A stretch of 10,660 bases of DNA, taken from contig CAWCKW010000004.1 in NCBI GenBank assembly GCA_963796285.1, forward strand, positions 1 through 10,660, written 5' to 3'. This document shows, in pieces, positions 1-4,565 of the stretch. The stretch is from Nitrospirota bacterium. GTDB lineage: Bacteria; Nitrospirota; UBA9217. Position 1 is the first letter of the stretch; every line of letters begins with the position of its first letter. The notes under the pieces are model-generated. The model did no database searches. It was not told the origin of the DNA and saw nothing but the letters and a program-made list of their open reading frames with translations. The translations under genes were made by a program, and so were the position numbers.

Positions 1-593
1 TTATACTTCCTCACCACCGCGGTCACGACACCTGAGATCTTGAGCTCATTCTTCGGCTTGATGGGCTGATATTTCGGGTTTGCGGCTACGAGGGTAATGT
101 TGTCTCCGCGTTTCCGGAGATACTTCATCGTCCATTCACCGTCCACCTGGGCGATCACGATATCGCCGCTCTTTGGTGTCTGGCCTTTATCCACAATGAC
201 CATATCTCCCGGAAGGATCCCTGCGCCGGACATGGAATCGCCGGCTACCTTGAGCAAAAAGGTGGCCTCGCGGTTCTGGATCAGGAAGTCATCGAGGGAG
301 AGGGTGTCGACCAGCTCTTCTTCCGCGGGAGAGGGGAACCCTGCCTCGACAGTTCCCAGGACCTTGACAGGGCTGGCAATGGAACCGGGAATAAGCCTGC
401 CTGTCCTGTCCCGCTCCAGGACCTTGAGCTTCTCCAGCCTGCCGACGAGCTTGAATACCGCGTTCTTTGACCGCAGACCGGTCATCTTGCCGATCTCCGA
501 GAAACTGGGCATCCTGCCGTTTTTCTGCTGGAAGCGGGCAATGTCCCGGATGCGGGAGCGGTGCTTTTTGTCCTTGGATATCGGTGATGGCAT
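1..593 (-). CDS. lexA: LexA-family repressor / S24 autopeptidase (N-terminal winged HTH plus UmuD-like C-terminal domain); 3' end runs off the window
   Basis: Manual translation from ATG at 593, 197 codons with no stop before the edge: MPSPISKDKKHRSRIRDIARFQQKNGRMPSFSEIGKMTGLRSKNAVFKLVGRLEKLKVLERDRTGRLIPGSIASPVKVLGTVEAGFPSPAEEELVDTLSLDDFLIQNREATFLLKVAGDSMSGAGILPGDMVIVDKGQTPKSGDIVIAQVDGEWTMKYLRKRGDNITLVAANPKYQPIKPKNELKISGVVTAVVRKY. It has the LexA HTH pattern (G.MPS..EI...G..S..AV), an Ala84-Gly85 cleavage site, catalytic Ser120 (GDSM) and Lys157 (TMK). Confidence 0.9.
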   Translation of the reverse strand, partial: MPSPISKDKKHRSRIRDIARFQQKNGRMPSFSEIGKMTGLRSKNAVFKLVGRLEKLKVLERDRTGRLIPGSIASPVKVLGTVEAGFPSPAEEELVDTLSLDDFLIQNREATFLLKVAGDSMSGAGILPGDMVIVDKGQTPKSGDIVIAQVDGEWTMKYLRKRGDNITLVAANPKYQPIKPKNELKISGVVTAVVRKY

Positions 594-599
594 AGATAG

Positions 600-629
600 A
601 GTATAAGTGAACGAACGTTCACCTGTCAA
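600..629 (-). promoter_or_regulatory. sigma70 promoter of the lexA-like gene, probably leaderless
   Basis: Minus strand reads TTGACA (629-624), an 18-nt spacer, then TATACT (605-600). The ATG at 593 follows after 6 nt and has no Shine-Dalgarno. Confidence 0.75.
607..622. promoter_or_regulatory. Putative LexA operator (SOS box) GTGAAC-N4-GTTCAC
   Basis: Perfect 6-bp inverted repeat with a 4-nt spacer (GTGAACGAACGTTCAC), lying between the -35 and -10 of the lexA promoter. The core GAAC-N4-GTTC matches the Gram-positive (Cheo) SOS box. Confidence 0.75.
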
Positions 630-666
630 GGATTTTCTGGATTTTTGTCACGGGGTTGCAGCGACG

Positions 667-675
667 TGCTATACT
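667..675 (+). promoter_or_regulatory. Extended -10 promoter element for the SRAP gene
   Basis: TGcTATACT at 667-675. TTGTCA lies at 645-650 (19-nt spacing, suboptimal). An SD-like AGGTG precedes ATG 699. Confidence 0.45.
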
Positions 676-698
676 TTCAACAGGTTAGGTGATCGGTC

Positions 699-1367
699 AT
701 GTGCGGACGATTTGAGATACATAGCGCCCCTGACATTATCGCGAAGATCTTCGGGACGGCTGAAGGGGGCATTGAGTCCCCTCCCTGCTATAACATCGCG
801 CCCAGCCAGGACATCCTGATCGTCATCAATGACGGCAAGAGGAAGCTCATCAAATCCCGATGGGGCTTTGTGCCGTCCTGGTCCAGGGACCTGAACACCG
901 GCTACCGGATGATCAATGCCTGTGCCGAGACCGCTGCAGGCAGCGGGGCGTTCAAGTCCGCCTTCGAGAAACAACGGTGTCTTGTGGTGGCTGACGGGTT
1001 CTATGAGTGGCGAAAGGAAGGGACAGCCAAGAAGCCGTTCTATATTCGGCTCAAGTCGCACAAGCCGTTTGGTTTTGCCGGACTGTACAGCATTTGGACG
1101 TCACCGGAAGGCGAGCGCCTGTATACGAGTACGATCATGACGACCAATGCGAACGAACTGGTCATGCCGATACACGACCGGATGCCGGTCATTACCCCGG
1201 CGGACAAATATGCCGTATGGCTGGATCCCGGGACCAAGGATAGTCCGGCGTTGCAGGAAGTGTTGCGTCCCTACCCGTCAGGGGAGATGGAATGCTTCCC
1301 GGTAACTCCCAAGGTGAACTCTGTTAAATACAATTCGCCGGAAAATATAAAGCCGCTGGACGCATAG
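699..1367 (+). CDS. SOS response-associated peptidase (SRAP) family, YedK/HMCES-like abasic-site crosslinking protein
   Basis: N-terminal MCGRF (catalytic Cys2), with YNIAPSQ, WGFVPSW, RCLVVADGFYEW (conserved Glu), FAGLY and IHDRMPVI motifs. 222 aa. Divergent from lexA. Confidence 0.95.
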   Translation: MCGRFEIHSAPDIIAKIFGTAEGGIESPPCYNIAPSQDILIVINDGKRKLIKSRWGFVPSWSRDLNTGYRMINACAETAAGSGAFKSAFEKQRCLVVADGFYEWRKEGTAKKPFYIRLKSHKPFGFAGLYSIWTSPEGERLYTSTIMTTNANELVMPIHDRMPVITPADKYAVWLDPGTKDSPALQEVLRPYPSGEMECFPVTPKVNSVKYNSPENIKPLDA

Positions 1368-1427
1368 AGCCAGCGTGGTTGTCAGGACTCCGGCAATGAA
1401 TGATGAGCAGCTAAGGAGGGGAGCCTT

Positions 1428-1832
1428 ATGATACAAAACAAGATCGTCGTGCGTTACCAGGATGGCCGTGTGTCAAAGGGCTATACGAACAATTTCATGC
1501 CCAACAAGGACGTCTTTCATCTCGTCCCGCTGGATGCCCCTGCCGGTTCCAAGCCGCTTGATGTTTACGTCAACGTATTGAAGGCTGTTTTTTTTGTGAA
1601 GGACTTCACCGGGGACCGTCAATACCAGGAGAAAAAAACATTCGATACAGTCAAACCGGTTGTGGGGAAAAAGATCAAGGTGGTTTTCAAGGACGGGGAG
1701 GAAGTCATCGGGACGACGCAGGGCTATCAACCCGGCCGGCCGGGCTTCTTCGTTTTTCCCGTTGATCCGCAATCGAACCTGGAACGTGTATTTGTTTTCT
1801 CCGCTGCAACTCGTGAGGTTTCGTTTATTTGA
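1428..1832 (+). CDS. Uncharacterised 134-aa protein made of two tandem beta-rich repeats (Sm/Hfq-like pattern; possibly the DUF6982-type family)
   Basis: Strong SD AAGGAGG at 1413-1419. Internal repeat: NKIVVRYQDGRVSKGYTNNFMPNKDVFHLVPLD versus KKIKVVFKDGEEVIGTTQGYQPGRPGFFVFPVD. The family name is from recall and is unverified. Confidence 0.8.
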   Translation: MIQNKIVVRYQDGRVSKGYTNNFMPNKDVFHLVPLDAPAGSKPLDVYVNVLKAVFFVKDFTGDRQYQEKKTFDTVKPVVGKKIKVVFKDGEEVIGTTQGYQPGRPGFFVFPVDPQSNLERVFVFSAATREVSFI

Positions 1833-1877
1833 GCGTTGAATGAAGAAGAAAGCCGAGTGGATTGTTTTTTGCGACGG

Positions 1878-1925
1878 AAAATAAAAAATGTCGGAAGCGG
1901 TATTGATAAAGAAGCTTCCGACATT
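1878..1925 (-). terminator. Intrinsic terminator on the minus strand (possibly also acting on the converging plus-strand transcript)
   Basis: Perfect 12-bp inverted repeat AATGTCGGAAGC (1887-1898) / GCTTCCGACATT (1914-1925) with a 15-nt loop. On the minus strand it is followed by a T-rich tract (plus strand aaaataaaaaa). Confidence 0.75.
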
Positions 1926-2057
1926 ACGGGAGGCAAATGGTTCGGACCCGTGAGTATGGCAGGAGGCGTAGTGTCCATTCAGAGCAAACCATTTTCACGG
2001 TACAAGTCACTTTGTATATACTCAATCCCACAGGCAATACGTGTAACCCGTCTTGGT

Positions 2058-2264
2058 TTACATCACCGATCCGGTTTGCATTGTCGTGGTGCGGGCCCGA
2101 CGGTTTTCATTTGGCAGAAGATTAAAGTAAGACAATACGAGATAGTGTAAGAGCTTTCGTCTCTCTGCCGGAGACATGCCCACGTAGAGTGAGCTGTCGA
2201 TCAAAATATTATTGATCTCTTTTTCCTGTTCCCTGATGATTTTAATGCTCTCTTGCCAGTTCAT
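2058..2264 (-). CDS. Small hypothetical protein (about 68 aa from MNWQES; alternative starts at 2306 or 2312)
   Basis: ORF MNWQESIKIIREQEKEINNILIDSSLYVGMSPAERRKLLHYLVLSYF... has helical, amphipathic character. It lies between a sigma54 promoter and a terminator on the same strand. SD is weak. Confidence 0.55.
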   Translation of the reverse strand: MNWQESIKIIREQEKEINNILIDSSLYVGMSPAERRKLLHYLVLSYFNLLPNENRRARTTTMQTGSVM

Positions 2265-2326
2265 AATACTTACCGAATGTCTTATTATTTCAGCTTTGTT
2301 AAACATCGTCATTTATTACTATAAAT

Positions 2327-2342
2327 TGCAAACTCATTGCCA
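2327..2342 (-). promoter_or_regulatory. sigma54 (RpoN) -24/-12 promoter
   Basis: Minus strand TGGCAATGAGTTTGCA has GG-N10-GC spacing and closely matches TGGCAC-N5-TTGCW. The predicted TSS is near 2316. Confidence 0.75.
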
Positions 2343-2347
2343 AAATA

Positions 2348-2360
2348 CAACTATTTGATT
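2348..2360 (-). promoter_or_regulatory. IHF binding site
   Basis: Minus strand AATCAAATAGTTG is an exact match to WATCAA-N4-TTR. It has an AT-rich 5' flank and sits 5 nt upstream of the sigma54 -24 element. Confidence 0.7.
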
Positions 2361-2772
2361 TTAGTAATAAAATAGTAGTATGGTTTCTTAGTGTAAGATT
2401 GTTCGACAATATTAAGATTATGATTCAGGGTGATAATAGGGAGGTGATAGAAAAAGGTGTGGCATATTGAATTGAAAACATTTTTTTATATAAATATTAT
2501 AATAAAAACGATATATTGCGCATAATACCAAAGAACATTCAAGAGTGGGTTACGCTGTGATGTGAACTTGAATTTCTCACTGATCAGCATCAACTTCCTT
2601 TTTGCTAAGTCAATAACAGGAAAAACAGGCAAATTTTTGTAATATTTAGATACACTATATTACCTTGAGCGAAACTATCGAAATCATGGTCTTCGGTAGC
2701 GGATGGTATCTCAACTGGTTGAGCTTAATCCTCATTGGTTCTCCTTCGCAAAGGTCAGTGCCGAGTTCCTGC

Positions 2773-4080
2773 TCAAAGAATCTCAGCTTCTTTTCCCTCT
2801 CTCACCATCTCCGCCACACATTCAATATGATACGTATAGGGGAACATGTCCACGGGCTGGAGCCGGTCCAGCCGGAACCCGAAGAGGTGAAAGAACTTCA
2901 GGTCCCGCGCGAGCGTCGAGGGATTGCATGAGACATACACGATCTTTTGCGGGACAAAGGCGAGCACGCGCTCGAGCGTCTTGAGCGTGGCGCCGGCGCG
3001 CGGCGGATCGAGCACGATCACATCGGCGCGCAGCTTTCTCTGGATCAGCGCCTTCAAACCCTTCTGCAGGTCGTCGGCAATGAATTCAGTATTCGAAATT
3101 CCGTTCAGGAGCGCATTCGCTTTCGCGTCCTCGATCGCCGACCAGCCCGACTCGATCCCGATCACGGTCTTTGCCTTCTTCGCGAGCGGGAGGGAAAAAT
3201 TCCCGATGCCGCAGTAGAGGTCGAGCACGGTCTCGCTCCCCGTGAGCGCGGCAACGTCCAGCACCGTCCTTACCATGTTCCTGTTCTGTTCCCAGTTCAC
3301 CTGAAAAAAATTTCCTTCCGTGGCTTTGAGGGTCATGCCTTCGACTTCGAGCGTGAGTTGGTTCCTCCCGAGGGTAAAGGCCTTTTTTCTGCCCGCGAAT
3401 CCGGTCACACCGATCACTTCCGGAGAGCTTTTCCGCAGGTCGGAGAAGAAGAGGTCCATCGGGGAGAAAGGCTGCTGTTCGCTGAAGAGCAGGAGATGCA
3501 CCTCTCCTGACGGCGAGGCGTTGATATGGAGTTCGGTGAGCAGCGGGAGCTTGTCGGACAGTGCCCTGATATCCTTCAATACGCTGTCGATGACGGGGTG
3601 AATGAGGAAGGCGTTCTCCACCTCGATCAGGTCGTACGAACCCTGGCGGAAAAACCCGATCTGCTGACGGCCGTCCTTCATCCGCACATTGAACTGCGTG
3701 CGCAGCCGGTAGTGGTCCGTTCGCGGAGAGGGGAGTATCGGAAGAAGGCGCCTGGGTTCCATCCCTCCGATCTTTTTCAGTGTATCGAGCAGGATCTCCT
3801 GCTTGTAGCTGAGCTGGGCCGGGTAGGCGATGTGCGGCCACGTTGCGCCGGTGCACTCTTTTTCTCCCTTGCACAGCGGTGTGATGCGGTCTATCGACGG
3901 TGTGAGGACCTTGACCAGGGCGGCCTCTAAAACCCCTTTCCGCTTTTTCCTGATCTCGATAACGACCCGCTCCCCCGGCAGCACGCCGGGAACGAAGACC
4001 GCCTGACCGGTGTCGAGCCTTGCCAGGCCGCTGCCGCCGTGGACGAGCTTCTCAATGAGCAGCTCCATTTGTTCGCTCAT
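2773..4080 (-). CDS. rlmD: 23S rRNA (uracil-C5)-methyltransferase, RlmD/RumA (TrmA family)
   Basis: N-terminal TRAM domain (IEKLVHGGSGLAR...VFVPGVLPGE), plus YRLR, FFQVN, LDLYCGIGNF (SAM binding), DPPRAG, YVSCNP (catalytic Cys) and DMFPYTYHIE. Start placed at ATG 4080, which overlaps the upstream TGA (ATGA), rather than at 4152. Confidence 0.93.
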   Translation of the reverse strand: MSEQMELLIEKLVHGGSGLARLDTGQAVFVPGVLPGERVVIEIRKKRKGVLEAALVKVLTPSIDRITPLCKGEKECTGATWPHIAYPAQLSYKQEILLDTLKKIGGMEPRRLLPILPSPRTDHYRLRTQFNVRMKDGRQQIGFFRQGSYDLIEVENAFLIHPVIDSVLKDIRALSDKLPLLTELHINASPSGEVHLLLFSEQQPFSPMDLFFSDLRKSSPEVIGVTGFAGRKKAFTLGRNQLTLEVEGMTLKATEGNFFQVNWEQNRNMVRTVLDVAALTGSETVLDLYCGIGNFSLPLAKKAKTVIGIESGWSAIEDAKANALLNGISNTEFIADDLQKGLKALIQRKLRADVIVLDPPRAGATLKTLERVLAFVPQKIVYVSCNPSTLARDLKFFHLFGFRLDRLQPVDMFPYTYHIECVAEMVREGKEAEIL

Positions 4081-4427
4081 CCGAGGATCTTCTTTACCGT
4101 TTCGCGGAGCAGAGACAGGTCTGAGGACTTGACCACGTAGGCGTCGGAGCACCAGCTTCCGAAGTCATGTTTGTATTCCTCGTAGGCCGTGCTGATAATG
4201 ACGGGAAGCGCGCTGTCCTTTTCCTTCATCTTGCGCAGCGTCTCGATGCCGTCCATTTCCTTCATGCGCATGTCCAGGGTGACCAGGTCGAACTTGGTCT
4301 TATCCATCTCAGCAAGCGCCTGGATGCCGTCATGGACCGCGATGACGTCGTAGCCCATCTCGGTAAGCTCCTCTTTATAGAGTTCCCGGATATTTTCTTC
4401 ATCGTCGACAACCAGTATCTTTTTCAT
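4077..4427 (-). CDS. Single-domain response regulator (stand-alone REC/CheY-like), 116 aa
   Basis: MKKILVVDDE acidic pocket, phosphoacceptor Asp in LVTLDMRM, ISTAY and YVVKS (conserved Lys). SD AAGGAGGT at 4439-4432 supports the start at 4427. Confidence 0.92.
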   Translation of the reverse strand: MKKILVVDDEENIRELYKEELTEMGYDVIAVHDGIQALAEMDKTKFDLVTLDMRMKEMDGIETLRKMKEKDSALPVIISTAYEEYKHDFGSWCSDAYVVKSSDLSLLRETVKKILG

Positions 4428-4565
4428 ACGTACCTCCTTGGCACATTCGAAATGAGTAGTTAGCATCCCTGACCCGGAAAAGCCGGAACCAAAATCTTTA
4501 CCTGTTCTGCCGTAATTATCATGAGACCGTCAATAAGCACGTGCAACAACGCTTGGAATGAATGA

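Noticed and set aside
97-606. 169-aa plus-strand ORF in the track
   Set aside because: It is the antisense shadow of the lexA-like gene, which carries clear family motifs on the minus strand.
1930-2000. GCAAACC / GGCAAA motifs reminiscent of a c-di-GMP-I riboswitch
   Set aside because: The GAAA-capped P2 and the GCAAAGC / tetraloop-receptor elements could not be found in the right order. An Infernal scan would settle it.
1836-2150. Plus-strand ORFs 1836-2150 and 1937-2125
   Set aside because: No protein-like motifs. The longer one runs through the terminator hairpin, the GGAGG-to-ATG spacing at 1937 is only 3 nt, and both overlap the better-supported minus-strand unit.
2460-2476. Possible plus-strand sigma54 site TGGCATATTGAATTGAA
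   Set aside because: It lacks the GC at the -12 position (no GG-N10-GC), and no credible gene lies downstream on the plus strand.
3086-3874. 262-aa alternative-frame ORF within rlmD
   Set aside because: Arg/Pro/Gly-rich composition typical of off-frame translation. rlmD is intact in its own frame, so this is not a frameshift.
4081-4152. N-terminal extensions given in the ORF track for rlmD (4152), REC (4466) and glgA (8575)
   Set aside because: They overlap upstream genes or ignore the SD. Domain boundaries, ATGA overlaps and SD position support starts at 4080, 4427 and 8503.
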